A stretch of DNA of 64,000 nt, taken from contig NC_057721.1 of assembly GCF_004010195.1 (NCBI RefSeq), positions 43,702,163 to 43,766,162 of the forward strand, in the 5' to 3' direction. Position 1 is the first letter of the stretch; each line of letters starts with the position of its first letter. A program made the position numbers and the translations under genes. The notes under the pieces were generated by a model. It was not told the origin of the DNA. It was given only the letters and a program-made list of their open reading frames with translations, and did no database searches. Source of the DNA: Chiloscyllium plagiosum. Taxonomy: Eukaryota. Positions 36,359 through 50,070 of the stretch are shown piece after piece.

Positions 36359-36620
36359 CTGGGAATCAGTGAAGAAGTGGGCATTAAAATGCAATTATGC
36401 AGTGCAACAAAGTGGACTGAGGGAAAAAAGTCTATTTGAATAAGCAACTGACCTGCAAGATTTTCAAGTGTTTGACTGGTGGCTTTGCAGAATTAAATAC
36501 AATCAACAATCCATAAATGTTTTTTCACAATTGAACAGAACCATCTGGTACATCAATTTGAGTCATGGAACTTTTGTCTGTTTTGTAAACTAATATTACC
36601 CTGTTTTATTTTTTAAATTC
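36359..36620 (+). other. Probable last exon of gene A (3' UTR, or a few tail codons); 3' end uncertain
   Basis: Strong acceptor tttattttttttccag| at 36358, 539 nt after the exon 4 donor; non-repetitive AT-rich sequence with ATTAAA motifs follows. Confidence 0.6.
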
Positions 36621-39600
36621 TTGTTTCTCGAGATGTTCCACTCAAAGATTTGAGAAACAGATGTAAAGCTGTGCACTCAGCATGAAATTATTATTGCAAG
36701 GTTTGCTTTGCGAATGCCTAGCCACTGAATATTTTCTGAGAGGACATGACTCTCCTAAAGGTGGCTGTGCCTGTAAAGCCTGATTTTCCTTTGTACCCAT
36801 TTGTGTGTACATTTAGCTGTCCCCAAGCCCATTACTTTGATTGCGTTTCTTTCCCACTTCTCTTGTCATTTTTCTCCTTGCTCATCCATTTCTAAGAAAT
36901 AATCATGTTGTTTCTTACCTCTCCCCTCTTGGGTACTTTTCCCCTCTGTCCTTATTCCAATCCATTTCTACTCTGTCTCTCCAGGCTTGATTTTTCTTGG
37001 ATCAATTTAAGACATCTGTGCATCTCTTAGCATTCTGGAAAACTCGCTTTGTGGCATCCATCACTGCATCCTTGTAAGCAGCAATCTTAAATTGTCCTCC
37101 CTTCCCAATTAGGTAAGGTCAATGGATATCCTGTTACACTTCCCCAAATCACCCAAAATCTCTCTGTATTCTGTAAACAGAAAAACAATCAATATATTTC
37201 TCTGCGTTTCTGGTTTGAATATGTATTCACTCAAACAAGGATAAACCATCTACAAAAATACTGTGGATAATTGTATTAGCATTATGGCTTTTACTAAAGT
37301 TTGGCTTAAATGGATTCTTACTGAAGCTTCACGGCTGGTGAAACATTCCATATCTGGCACAGCCAAACTTCCAGAGTATGATATGTGGGCAAAGCACATC
37401 TCGATCTCTTACCCCTTTCACTTTGTATAAATTCTTCTTTGAGCATTTCTTCTTGTTCCATCTTCTCACGATGATTTTTCTTCATGGTACATCAAAACCA
37501 CCCTGAGATGTCATCCCTTCTTTTTCCTTGGTATTTGCACCAGGTGACTTCCCATCCTCAATAATTTTGATCTTTATCTTAATTCACCTTTGCCTCATTT
37601 CATCCTCCTATTCTGCAAGAGGTATGAGGACGGGTGATGAGTTTCTTCTTCATGAAATCTTATATTAACTGTTCAGTTCCCTCTGCTGCATCCTCTCCTG
37701 TCCTTTTTTATAAAATGAAATTCCTGGGTTCCCCTCTTGCCTTGCAATGATTCTGCATGTTTGTCTGGTGCCTCTCCTAATACCTGAGTCCATCTGATCT
37801 TTAAAATTCACTGACAGCTTTTGGTATCATTCTCACACTCATCTGCTGATCCCTAGTGTTGGCTGATGTTGTAAACTATCTATCTCTTCAAACAGGCCTA
37901 TTTCTCAAAATTACCATCATCAATTTATTCATTCAACATTTTCATCATTACAAACTACCATTTCATTTCCTTTTGTTATTCAAAGTCCCTAAAAGCATTG
38001 TCACCTCTGAAATCTGTGTCCACTTTATCAGAATCTTTGGAGATGGCACCCTGGAAGTGAACCAATCTCCTGGAGGAATGTGCTGCCCAAAGTAACTGAA
38101 GTTGTCTAAATGTGACCACCCCACTGATTGACCGAACATCCATTTTCTAAATTTAGAGCAACAGGTCCATTCAGCAGGTTCACACATCATTAAACAAAGA
38201 TCAAGCAATCGCATGAATTAAGGCAGAACACAAGTATTAATTGAAGAGGCAGGAACCCAACTTGCAGTTATGATAGTTATGAAAAATGCACAATATTGAA
38301 ATTAAATGGAAAGGCAAAGGTATAGGTAATCTGTTCCTTGTGACAGCTATGGGGTACAATTGCAGTGTCTCTGTGTTTACAGTAAAACAAAGAGTGAAAG
38401 AAAACAGAAACTGTAGTGTGAGAAAGCTCTGCACAATGCTGCCTATCAACTTGGAGCTGGAATCTTCTGTTCTTTTCAACAGGAGCCTATCTGCAAGTGC
38501 ACAGCATCTCTGAGCTCATGTTCAGCAATGTCCTCCTATATGCCACCCCATCAATGTCCATGTGAGTTCTCCATAGCAGATGTTGTTTACAACATCACCC
38601 TCCAGTGAGCAGGAAAACCATTCTTTAGCCTTGGCCTAGGTGCAACCTAATCATGTCTAAATGACTGACCACACACTTTATATGAGCTTCCAATGTAGGT
38701 GCAGTGGCAGTGTCTGGGTGGGTGACTGTGAGAGTCAGCACCAATGGCAAGGCCTCTATGCCAGTATTATTCTGTTATTGTTTCTTTCTCCCCTTGTTTG
38801 CTGGTGCTAGGCAGCTACATGTTTGAAAGCAAGAATGAGCAGAGAAGGTTGTGGTAACAGAGGTACAGGAATGGGTGTAAAGCAGGTAACTTCATCATCA
38901 GACCAAACAGTAAGCTGGAGATATGAAAACATTATAATCAGAAAAATACCACTATCCTGAATGATCAAATTAATGCTGGTTAATCTCTACCATGATGTAG
39001 AGAGTTATTTCCTCCACAGGACTCAGGAGAATCAGAGGTCCATGTCCCCCATCAGCTCTGCTCCTTTTCACTCTGTGCTGTCTTGCCCTCCTTAGGATAG
39101 GGAAGAACTCTAGTTGAAGCTGTTTTTTAGTGAGTCACCCTCTGTAACTGCAGTGCTGAAGGTTGTGGCAGTGAGAGATTGGCGTAAGGCTACCAGGCTT
39201 GGTAACTGTGTGACGAGGAAGTAGAGCATTTGGATGTTATGTTTGGATGTTATATGCCAGGGAGTATTGCTGGCTGAGTGTTGGGTGTAGTGTATTGATC
39301 AGCTTGAGATGCCAGTGGAGACATCATGAGAAGATAGATCTGTTGGTCTTGATCAATCATGTAAGTTCTGTGACACCACTGCAGGTCCTTGAGTCAGAGG
39401 CTGAGAATTGACCAGGCCACTTCTTCCCATTCCCTTCTGAAGGTTGTGCTGAGGGCCTCTTGCCTCCATTTCAGAACCATGAGTGCCCGAGTGCCTCCAG
39501 TACCAAAACCATGACTTTGGGGTCCTCTATCTACCCTGATGTTCCATTTTTTGGGCTTTGAAGTGCAGCAATAGTACTCGCCACCAAACTGCTAGATTCA

Positions 39601-40039
39601 GTGGCACTCCCCTCTGAGAGATAGACCATACCATGTGCCTTCAGTGATTGCAGAAGCAGTTAGCAGCATGATAGACAGCGTTATATTTTTACCAGATAAC
39701 CGGGGTGGAAACTTCAAATTTGTGTGCTGCCTCCCTTCACTGGGACCAGCATCGGGAGAAGTCATCGATTATGAACCCCAAACACAAACCTATTTTTACC
39801 CCTCCATCTTGTTGCTTTTTGTTCCTGTATTGCATTCAACAACCCTAATTAGAGTTCTAAATAATAACTGCTGTGTTTTTGTTCTCCTCAAACTCAGTGA
39901 AACCTTTGATGTGGTTAATATTCTCCAATGCATTTTCTCCATTGTTGCAGTCAACAGAAATGGAGTGGGTAGCTCACAGCTTCAACTAGACAAGTCTTGT
40001 CACCTTTCTTATGGGTTCTTGCATTCCTCCAAGACTGAC

Positions 40040-41680
40040 CTCTTGCATAGCACAAAAGTGTAATGGTGCAGCAGGAGGCTATTCAGTTCATCATGTCTAG
40101 GAGAACAGGAACGAAGGGAGTCAGTTGAGTCCATTCAACATGATAATGGCTGATCAAACACATTTATATATTCCCATAACCCTGAACTCCCTGAATCAGA
40201 AATCTATCAGTCTCTAATTAAATGTATATAAAGACTGAGCCTCCATAGTCTGCTGTCGTAGAGAATTTGAAAGGTTCTTAAACTCTTGATTAATAATATT
40301 TCTCCTCATCTTGGACCTACATAGCATCCGTCTTATTTTTAAATTATGCCCCCGGTTCTAAACTCCCCCACCAGGGGAAACATCTTAACTGCATGTACCC
40401 TATCCATCCTTTAAATATTTTGTGAGGTTGAATGAGATCACCTTGCACCCTACAAAACTCGAGAGAAAAAAGGCCCAGTTACGAACTTCTCTTCATAGGT
40501 CAGTGATGCCAACCCAGGGCCAAATTTGTGACGCTCTGACACACTCCCTCTGTGATAATAATATCTTTTCTGTGTTAAGGAGACTGAAAACTGCACACAA
40601 CACTTCATATGCAGACAAGTCAAACTTCTATACAATTGAAGCAAGACTGTCTTCTGTACTCAAATCCTCTTGTGTTAAAGGCTAATGTTCTATTGACATT
40701 ACTAATAGTTTGCTGCATTTTTTTTTAATTACTTCACAGGATATGGGTTTTGCTGACTGGGCTGGAATTTATTGCCCATTCCTAGTTACCCTCGAGAAGG
40801 AGGTGGTGACCATGCATTTTGGCCTTCAGTAACTTAGTAACAAGGAAACCTAGGTCACTTTGTGCCCCTATACTTTTCATTTAACAATATTATCCATGTC
40901 TGTTTCTCCTACCAAAGTCAATAACCTCACATTTTTCTAACATTATAATTTATCTGCTCATTCACAAGGACCCTCACCAGCTTTTACAGATGCACCATAG
41001 AGAGCATTCTATCCGGTATGGTATGGCAACTCTCTGCCAAGGACCATAAGAAACTATTAACTTTCAGGTTGTGTGCACAGCCCAGACCACCACAGAAGCC
41101 AACCTCTCATCCATGGACTCTATTTACACTTCTTGTTGCTGTGGAATGGCTACCAACATCATCAAAGACCCTCCCACCCCGGTAATGTTCTCTTCCAACC
41201 TCTTCCGTCAGGTAGAAGATACAGGAGCTTGAACACACATCAATGGGTTCAAGAACAGCTTCTTCCCTGTTGTTATTGGACTGTTGAATGGACCTCTCTA
41301 ACTCCAAATAATGGTGATCTCACTAATGTTGATCTTGCTTTGCACACCTCCTGTGCAGTTGTAATCTTGTATGCCTCACTCTAAGCCCCCTATGATTTGT
41401 ATACTGCTCACAAAACAAAGCTTTTCATTGTACTTAGGTACATGTGACGACAATAAATTAAATCAAATCAAGTCAAAATCATCTTGAAGCCATGTTACAT
41501 TTTGTTTATATTCCATATTTCCACTTAGCTTTGTATCATCCACAAATTTGGAAATGCTACATTTGGACCCAGACTGCAAATCATTAATATCAGCCAAAGC
41601 CCAAGTTCTGATTCTTGCGGTACCCCACTAGTCACAGCCTGAAAATGCAAGGATTTTTACTACACTCTGTTTTCTTTCCT
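40040..41680 (-). mobile_element. Fragmented CR1 LINE(s) with nested insertions
   Basis: Minus-strand LQLYRSL...CCVQF; reverse complement of the SGVPQ.S.LG motif at about 41.6 kb. Confidence 0.75.
40968..41478 (+). mobile_element. Rex1/Babar-type LINE 3' end
   Basis: TLTSFYRCTIESILS..WYGN and SHPGNVLFQPLPSGRRYRSL motifs; (aaatc)n tail. Confidence 0.82.
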
Positions 41681-41699
41681 CATTAGTTTCCACAGCTTC

Positions 41700-41955
41700 C
41701 TTTACCCCTCTCTGACTGAGAGGCCACGTCATTAGTTTTCTAGGGTATAATATTGGGAATTCCCTCCCCTAACCTCTGTATCCCTATCTCGATCCTCTCC
41801 TTGAAAGCACAGCATAAAATCTAATTCTTTGAGAAAGCTCATGTTGTTTTGTCCTAATACTGTTCTGTGTGGTTTGGTCAAGTGAAACTGTGAAATGTTC
41901 TGGGACATCTTATAATTTTAAACAGGCACTATTCAAAAGCAAAGGTAAAAAACTT
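41700..41955 (+). mobile_element. L2-like 3' end
   Basis: gggaattccctcccctaacctct...gtgaaatgttctgggacatcttataatttaaacaggcactattcaaaagcaa tail pattern. Confidence 0.5.
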
Positions 41956-42984
41956 CCTTTTTTTAAAAAACTGTCCCAATATAAGAAAGGTCTCCCAAGC
42001 CGATCCTTACGAAGACCTTTCAGTTACTTGTCCCCTTCTGGGTCACCCTGAGTTTAAAAAAAAATCAAGTAAGTCACTCTTCTCTGTTCTGAATGTCAGA
42101 AGATGAAATCTTAACCCAAATTAAGGTGGGAAATAATGTACTGAATTCAACTTTTTGATCAATCTTGAATTTATTTGTTCAAATTATCATTGATCCCAGA
42201 GCTGCAGTTAGGAAACCTTAGTTGTGTGAACAAACTTGTTGTTCATTATAATCCAAAGTAACCTACCTATTGGAATTGTGAAACTGTTGTTGGTACTTAT
42301 CTGCAACCTGTTGCATTTATTTTCTTGACTATTAGATTCTTCATTCTCTTTTACTTTTCATTTTTCAACACACTGGGTATTAAATATTTTGTACTTCCTG
42401 TTAAATAAATATAAAAATGCACAATACATTTTGATCATTCATTTACTGAAGGTGTACAACTATGTTGCAGGCAAACACTGGAGGCTCTTGCACTTCATGC
42501 CAAGTTAAGAGTCCAGAAATGTGCGACAGTTGGCAAGTTATTCATCTGTGAGGACATTACAGTAGAGATTGGTCCAGCACTCCCTCAATATTCATAAACA
42601 CAGTACAACATATAACAAAAGTTCAGGAAAAGAGAACCACAAAATTGCAAGAAGGCATGCAAATATAAATGCAAAAGATGCAGAGAAGTGTATGGTAACA
42701 CATTGTGAGGATGGGAGAACATAATCAAATGATAGATTCTGAAAGTGGTTTTGAGTACCAGACCTCATTTGAATTTGGCAGGTGAGCTGCAAGCCCAAAA
42801 CATGCTTCTAGATGTAGCTCATTGTTCTTCAATGGAGGATTATCAACTTGATGAGAGGCCTGATGGGGACTAAGAGAGATGGTGGAGACTGGCACGGAGA
42901 AGCACGATACCAAGCTATTCCTGCACCTTTGGATACAGAAAAAATATTGAATATATTTTCTGAGTGCTGGAAAGAAGGGGCTGA

Positions 42985-43410
42985 CTTATCAAGAAAGGCT
43001 AAACAGATTAGACCTTTATTCATTAGCGTTCAGAAGAATGAGGCGTGATCTTATTGAAAAATATATGATTCTGAAGGGACTTGACAGGGTGGACGTTGAG
43101 AAGCTGTTTGCAGTAATGGGAAAATTTTGAACTAAGGGGCATAGTTTCAAAATAAGAGGATACTCATTTAAAATAAGATGCAAAGGAATTTCTTCTCTTA
43201 GAGGGTAGTCAATGTCTGGAATTCCCTGCACCGGAGATTTGTGAAGCCTAGGTCAGTTAAAGAGGATGTAGAAAGATTCCTGAAAAGTTAGGAAGTTTGA
43301 GGGCTATGAAAGAGGAGTTGAGGCATGGGAGAAGATCAGCCGTCGCCTTATTGAACGCAGGAACAAGCTTTAAAGAGCCAAATGACCTACTCCAGCTCCA
43401 GCTTCTTATA
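42985..43410 (+). mobile_element. CR1 3' end
   Basis: FRRMRRDLIEKYMILKGLDRVDVEKLF. Confidence 0.85.
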
Positions 43411-44477
43411 ACATCCATCTTTTGCATCTGCATAAAATACATGTAAAGTTAATTCCTTGCCACTCACTCACTTTGTGCTTACTTGAAGGTTGCCAACCTC
43501 TGTGTCTTGTATTGCTTTTTCGGCAAAGCAGGAGAGGCAGGTATCTGGTATGGTTTGGAGCACTAAGTAGCCAAGGGAGGGTTGGGATGTTGCTGTATGG
43601 CACCTTGCTGTGACAACATTTCAGTTGCAGCAGTTTTGCAACACACTGCATGTGCTTCAAGAAAATGGTCAAGTGTGAAAATCCAAGTGAACCAGTCCTT
43701 AGTGGATTCAAGGAAGAGTATGTTCAGTTACATAGACAGTCGGTCAAGGGGCTTGTCTGATTACAGTCCATAGAGTTGGCTGTGATACAATCCTACCAGT
43801 GTCAAGGGATCTATGTCTTTGCAATCCAGGGATTAATCCATAGTTTGTCCTGGAGGTCTAGTGCAACCAATCCAAAAGTTAAAGGTAGGTCAGGTGGGGT
43901 GTACTTGGAGACATGTATGGGCAGTAATGGTCACAGGGTTTTTTTGGGGGACATTCAGTGGAGTGTTTGGAAAATTGGGAAGCTCCTATCTAGAATAGGG
44001 TTCATTCCTCAGTCACTGAGGAAATATTACAGTTAATTGAGACAATTCCAACTAGAAGGGTGGGATCTCATAGACCACAGGAGAGGATAGGGAGATCCGA
44101 TGTTTGAGGGTTGGCAGAGGTGGGGACGGGGATGTGGTGGCTCACAACTCACAATCACTCTGGCCTGTATATGGGGAGATATGGCCAACAAAGACATGGC
44201 AGGTCACAATAACCTGGGCTCTGTGGGTAACTTGGGAACATAATAGCAATAAATGGGGCTGAACAAACAAAAAGGGGAATTTTGAAAAGTCAGTCACAGG
44301 GACTGCGACACAAAAGGGAATCTGATGGAAGGAGATAATCTGTATCTTAAATGGAACATATAACTCACTCAAAGAGTAGAGATGTCTTACTGCAATTATA
44401 CAAGGCCTTGGTGCGACCACACTTAGATTATTCCATGCAGTTTTGGTCACCCTACCTAAGAAAGGATATACTTGCCA

Positions 44478-45262
44478 TTTTTATTTATTCACTTGTGGGA
44501 CGTGAGCACTGCTGGCTGATTGCCCCTTTCATTGCCCATCCCTAGTTGTCCTTACGATGGTGGTTGGCTGCCTTCTTGGACTGCTGCAGTCTATGTGCTG
44601 TAGGTTGACCCACAATACGCCCAGGGAGTGAATTCCAGGATTTTGACCCAGTGAAGGTGAAGAAATGGTGATATATTTCCAAGTCAGGATGGTGAATAGA
44701 TTGGAGGGGAACTTGCAGGTAGTGGTGTTCCCATGCATATATTGCCCTGTCTTTCCAGATGGAAGTGGTTGTGGGTTTGGAAGGTGCTGCCTAAGGATCT
44801 TTGATGAACTTCTGCAATGCATCTGTAGATAGTGATCAGTGCTGCTACTGTGCAGTGGTTATGGACTGAATGTTTGTTAATATGGTGCCAATCAAACAAG
44901 CAGCTTTGTCTTGGATAATGTCAAGCTTCTTTAGTATTTTTAGGGCTACACTTGTCCAGGCAAGTTGGGAATGTTTCATTATACTCCTGGCTTGTGGCTT
45001 ACAGGACGGGCTTTGGTGAGTCAGGAGATGAGTTACCTACTGCAGGATTCTCAGCCTCTGACCTTATTTTGAGCCACAATAATGATATAACTAGTCCAGT
45101 TCAGTTCCTGGTCAATAATAACTCTGAGGATAATGATAGTCGGGGATTCAATGATAATGCCATTGAATGTAAAAGACAATGGTTGTTGGAAATAGCCATA
45201 GTCTGGTACAAATGTCATTTGCCATTCATCAACACAAATCTGGATATTGTCCAGGATTGCTT
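44478..45262 (-). mobile_element. CR1-group LINE family B 3' end
   Basis: HGNTTTCKFPS 3' region; homologous to 55985-56770. Confidence 0.85.
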
Positions 45263-47429
45263 CACTATCTAAGAAAATATGAATCATACTGAAGTACTGC
45301 ATTTATACAATGCCATGGTGGAACCACACTTAGAGTATTGCATGCAGTTTTGGTCATCGTACCTGAGAAAGGATACACTTGCCAAAGAGGGAGATTTTCT
45401 TCTTTATTCACATGTGGGATGTGACCATTTCTGGCTAATCAATGTTTTTATTCTAATCGTTTGCATAATAAACTGTCAATTCCTGAACCTGGAGCCATTG
45501 GCTGAGGGCCAAATGCACATGATTAACATGGGAAGCATAGTAATTACTGGATATCTGCAAAACTTCGCCCTAAACACACTTCTGGTACACATGACTACAT
45601 TTTTCTTGATTGTGGCTTCCTCAACAAACCCAAACCTATAGTTATAACTAAGAGTATATAATTGCTTAAGGAAATATAAAAGATGCTCATCCATTTGATT
45701 AAAGTCATAATGGAAGGAAAACACTTCACCTCAATGTTTCATTCTCACCCCTTAGGTTTACAAATCATTGATTAACTTCTTTGAAGTACAGATCATCATC
45801 ATGGGGTCTCCTTCATTTGTGTTTCCTGTTGCATAAACAAAAATATTTGATTCATTATGAGTAAAGCTATGTATTAACCCTTCATAGGCAGCAGATAAGT
45901 TGTTGTTTGAAAAAGTGTTAAATTGGTTCTCTCTCACCGTCCAAGTTAATATATCACAAGAAATGAGAGTTCTGGTGTCCTATGCAAATTATTTCCTCAA
46001 TTAACTGTTTATTTATCTCAGTATTTTTTCCACTGAAGGAGGGTCATTCTTCTGAGATTGGAGGTGACTAACCATGGAGAGGGGACCATCCCCGAAGCGT
46101 TAACTCTGATTTCGCTCCACAGATGCTGTTCGACCTGTTGAGTTTTTTCCAGCAATTTCTGTTTTTTTTTATTCTACACACTACAGTCAGTACACCGACA
46201 TGAATCACAGCATTGATTTTGAGTTCTGGATGTTGCTGCCACACAGATCTCGGAGATCCACACAGAAGAAAAAGAAATTAGAGGTAACACTGCTTACTAT
46301 CACTGTAACTTCAGAGCAAGCACAGAAGTTTTAGAAACTAATTTCAATTGTTTTCTGCCAGATTTTAACATTGCAGCCTCCACTCTGGTTCACTTACAGA
46401 GCAACTGATTAATTTCCTTCTAGATTTTTCTGTGTTTCACTAAACACCTGTCTCTAGGCAGCAGCACCTTTTTTCTTCTCTTTCTACCTTTTTTAATGCA
46501 CTGAATGATTCACCCTCAGTTCTTTACTTCAAAGTTGTCAAATCTCATTAAACCGCAAGTAAACATGCAGTGCTGATTCTTACTTTTTTCAGCTATATGG
46601 GGTTTTTTGGAGGTTTTTTTGCTACAAGTCCTAATGAGTTTTCTGGCAATTTCTTATCAAATGTGACTCATTATCAGTCTACACCTCCTATATGATGTCC
46701 TGTTCATCCAATACTTATCTTGTGCCATTTCCAGAAGAACTCACTGGGACAACCTAGAGTGGACCAGCATCGGTGCCATCTTTAAAATGCTATTGTGTAC
46801 CCCAACAAGCCAAGTCTTGCCAGTTCAGAGTTGCTCCACACAGTTCCTGGGCAGGGCTATTAAAGGAAACTTGGCACCCCATTTTGATGGCCTGAGCCTC
46901 TAGATGCTGAAGGATTGGGTGGTGCAGAGCCAGGACTTCCTCTTCTCCTATGGACCAGCAGAGGAGCCTGGGCTGGGGGTCACCATTCAGGTCAGTGCAA
47001 TATCAGCCTCAGTGAAGATGAAAGGTAGTGTAGAAAGAAAGTCAATGACCTTTATACTCTGCCCACATAAGTGCTACCATCACTCAATCTCGGTGTAAGG
47101 CAAACTAGCCTATTATGATACTGAAGTTGTTCAGGGCACAGTTTGCTACAGATATGCAGGCACACAATTGGAAGCCACAGCACGAACCACTCTTTCGCAA
47201 TGAAGCAGCAAAATGTCCATTTTGAGTCACAGTAATCTTTTTAACAGCTGCTCTAACACAGTAGCATATACATTGCTCTGCTGCTCCATTGCTTCTAGTC
47301 AGGTCACAGCTATGGCTATTTTTCATAGGGATAGAAGTTATGTCTTTTGGTCCACAAGCTTTTTGCTGACTTTACTCTATACCCTGGAAACGCCAATGAA
47401 GATTAGATTTTGAAGGATTAAGTCATAAG

Positions 47430-50070
47430 GGACATCACTTATTGGCCATTCCTACTTGTCTTTGAGAAGGTGATGGTAAGCTGCTTTCTCAAACCAGCAC
47501 AGTTAATTTGTTATAGTTATACAGAGGAACCTCGATTATCTGAACGAGATGGGCGGGCACTATTTTGTTCAGAAATTTGATTATTCGGTTAATCGATTTA
47601 ATGCCTCTCCTCTAGAGCTCTGAGTTTTCAGTTAAATCCGCTCCCCATTCAGGAGAGTGCAGCACACCCCGTGCAGCAGCACACCGCGCGTGAGCCCCGC
47701 CCCCAACCTGATCCAACATCGCCCCCTGCCCCCCCACCCCCGTCTGCCCCCATCCACTGTCCAACCCCGTCTGCAGCTGCGCCCCTGCCCCCGTGCAACC
47801 CTGCCCATGTCAGCTTCCCTCTCTCCCCGGGGCAGTCGGGCTGCCACCAGCAGGAAGACTGCTGCTGTTTTTGTGGGGTGTCTCCAAGTAGCACGCACAC
47901 ACACAACTTTTTGACAAGTTCCACCTCTGCCCTGTACAGGACAATGGTAGGGAGATTATCTGAGGAAGGGGGGTTTAGGGTTCACCCCTATGTAGAGCTC
48001 CAGGGAAAGTGTTGGCGGAGAGAGAGAGAGGGGAGAATGTCAGTCATTTGGAGACAGTGCCTGGGCTTCCATCAATGTCCAGGACTGTTCTCTGCAGCAT
48101 TTCAGTAAGCCCATTGTAAACAAAAGACACGATCAAGGTTGCAACAGCTCTCTGATGTAATGTTTCTATCGGGACCTTGAGATCTCTTTCGGATAATCCG
48201 ATATTCGGATAATTGATATTCGGATAATCAAGGTTCCTCTGTACCTCTCAATGCCACTAAGAGGTGAATCCTAAGACCCAGTGTTATTCACTCCAAGTAG
48301 CTTGGAGGGGAACCTGCAGGTGGGGTTCCCATGTATCTGCTGCCTTTATCCTGCTGGGTGGAAGTGGTCATGGCTTTGGAAGGTGCTGTCAAAGGAGTAT
48401 AGGTCCATTTCTAGTAAATGGTACATACTGCTGCTGCTGAACATTGACGGTGAGTGGACTGAGTGGAAGCTCGTGGCTATTGTGAAAATTGAGCAGTCTG
48501 CTTTGAGTTGGATGGTGCTAAGCTGGAGATTCAGTCACTCAGACAAGTGAGGTATATTCCATCCCACTCCTAACCTTTGCCTTGTAGATGGCGGACAGGC
48601 TTTGGGAAATGAGTTACTCACTTTAGGTTTTCTAGTCCCTGACTTTCTCTTAGAGCAGCTGTATATATAAGACTAGTCCAGTCAGTTTCTGGTAAATGGT
48701 CACTCCAGGATGTTCGTAATGAGGGAATTTAGTGACAATGATGATGCATGGTGGTAATTGGATTCGCTTTTGTTGGAGATGGTCATTGCCTGGCATTTCT
48801 GATGTGGAAATGTTACTTGTGATTTGTCAACCAAAACTTGGAGATTGTACAGGTCTCGCTGCATTTAGAAATTGACTACTTCACTATCTGAGCAGTTCCA
48901 AATAGTGCTAAACACTGTACAATCATCTGTGAACATCCTGACTTTTGAGTTTATGATGAAGGGAAGGTTAATGATAGTTGGGCCTAGGACACTACCCTGG
49001 GGAAATCCTGCAGAAATGCCCTGGAGTTGAGATGACTGACCTCCAACAACCAAAACCATCTTTCTTTGTCCTAGTTATGAGTACGACCAGATTCCAAACT
49101 CACTCCAGTTTTGCTAGCATTTCTTGATGCCACATTCAGTCGAATGCTGCCTTGATGCCAAGGGCTGTCACTCTCACCCCACCTCTGGAATTCAGCTCTT
49201 TTGTCCATGTTTGAACCAAAGCTGTAATGAGGTCAGGAGCTGAATGGACTTGGCGGCATCCAAACTGGGTGTCAATGAGCAGGTTATTGCTGAGCAGGTG
49301 CTGCTTGATAGCCCTGTTGATGACACCTTCCACCACTTTACTGATGAGAATAATTGTTGGGGAAGTAATTGAGCAGGTTGGAATTTCCTGCTTTTATGGC
49401 ATAGGACATACCTGGGCAATTTTTCTCATTGTTAGGTAGATGCCAGTGATGTAACTGTACTGGGACAGCTTGACTAGGGGAGTGGTAAGTTCTGGAGCAC
49501 AAATCTTCAGTACTCTTGCCAGAATGTTGTCAGGGCCCATAGCCTTTGCAAGACACTGACACTGTTTCTTCATTACATGTGGAATGAATTGAATTGGTTG
49601 AAGACTGGCACCTGTGATACTGGAGACCATTGGAGGAGGCCGAGATGAATCATCCACTTGGCATTTGTTGCTAAAGATTGATGGAAATGTTTCATCTTGA
49701 TCCTTTGCACTGATGTGCTAGATTCCCCCATTGTTGAGATGGAGATTTTCATGTAGGCTCCAACTCCTGTTAACTATTTAATTGTCCATCACTATTTATG
49801 ACTGGATGTGGCAAGAATGCAGAGCTTGGATCTAATCAATTGGTTGTGAATTGCTTAACCTATCTATCACTTGCTATTTTTGTCGTTTTGCACATAAGTA
49901 TTCTATTTTGCGACTTCATCAGTTTTACACCTCATGTTTTGGTATGCCTTGTACTGCTCTGACATGCCGTCCTGCAATTTTAATTGAATCCTGGTTGATC
50001 CCCTGTCTTGATGGCAATGGCAGGTTAAGGGTTATGCTAGGCCATGAGGCTGCAGATTATGTTGGAGTAT
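47430..50070 (-). mobile_element. CR1-group LINE family B, split by the Tc1/mariner MITE
   Basis: HSAPDLITALVQTWTKELNSRGGVRVTALGIKAAFD and AGFPQGSVLGPTI...MFTDDCTVF. Confidence 0.88.
47522..48241. mobile_element. Non-autonomous Tc1/mariner (Tigger/pogo-like) element, 720 bp
   Basis: TIRs CAGAGGAACCTCGATTATC / GATAATCAAGGTTCCTCTG; TA duplication on both sides; subterminal cggataat repeats; GC-rich core. Confidence 0.92.

Noticed and set aside
48185-48232. Short cggataat repeats as a CRISPR-like or regulatory array
   Set aside because: They are subterminal repeats of the Tc1/mariner MITE; eukaryotic context and no spacers.
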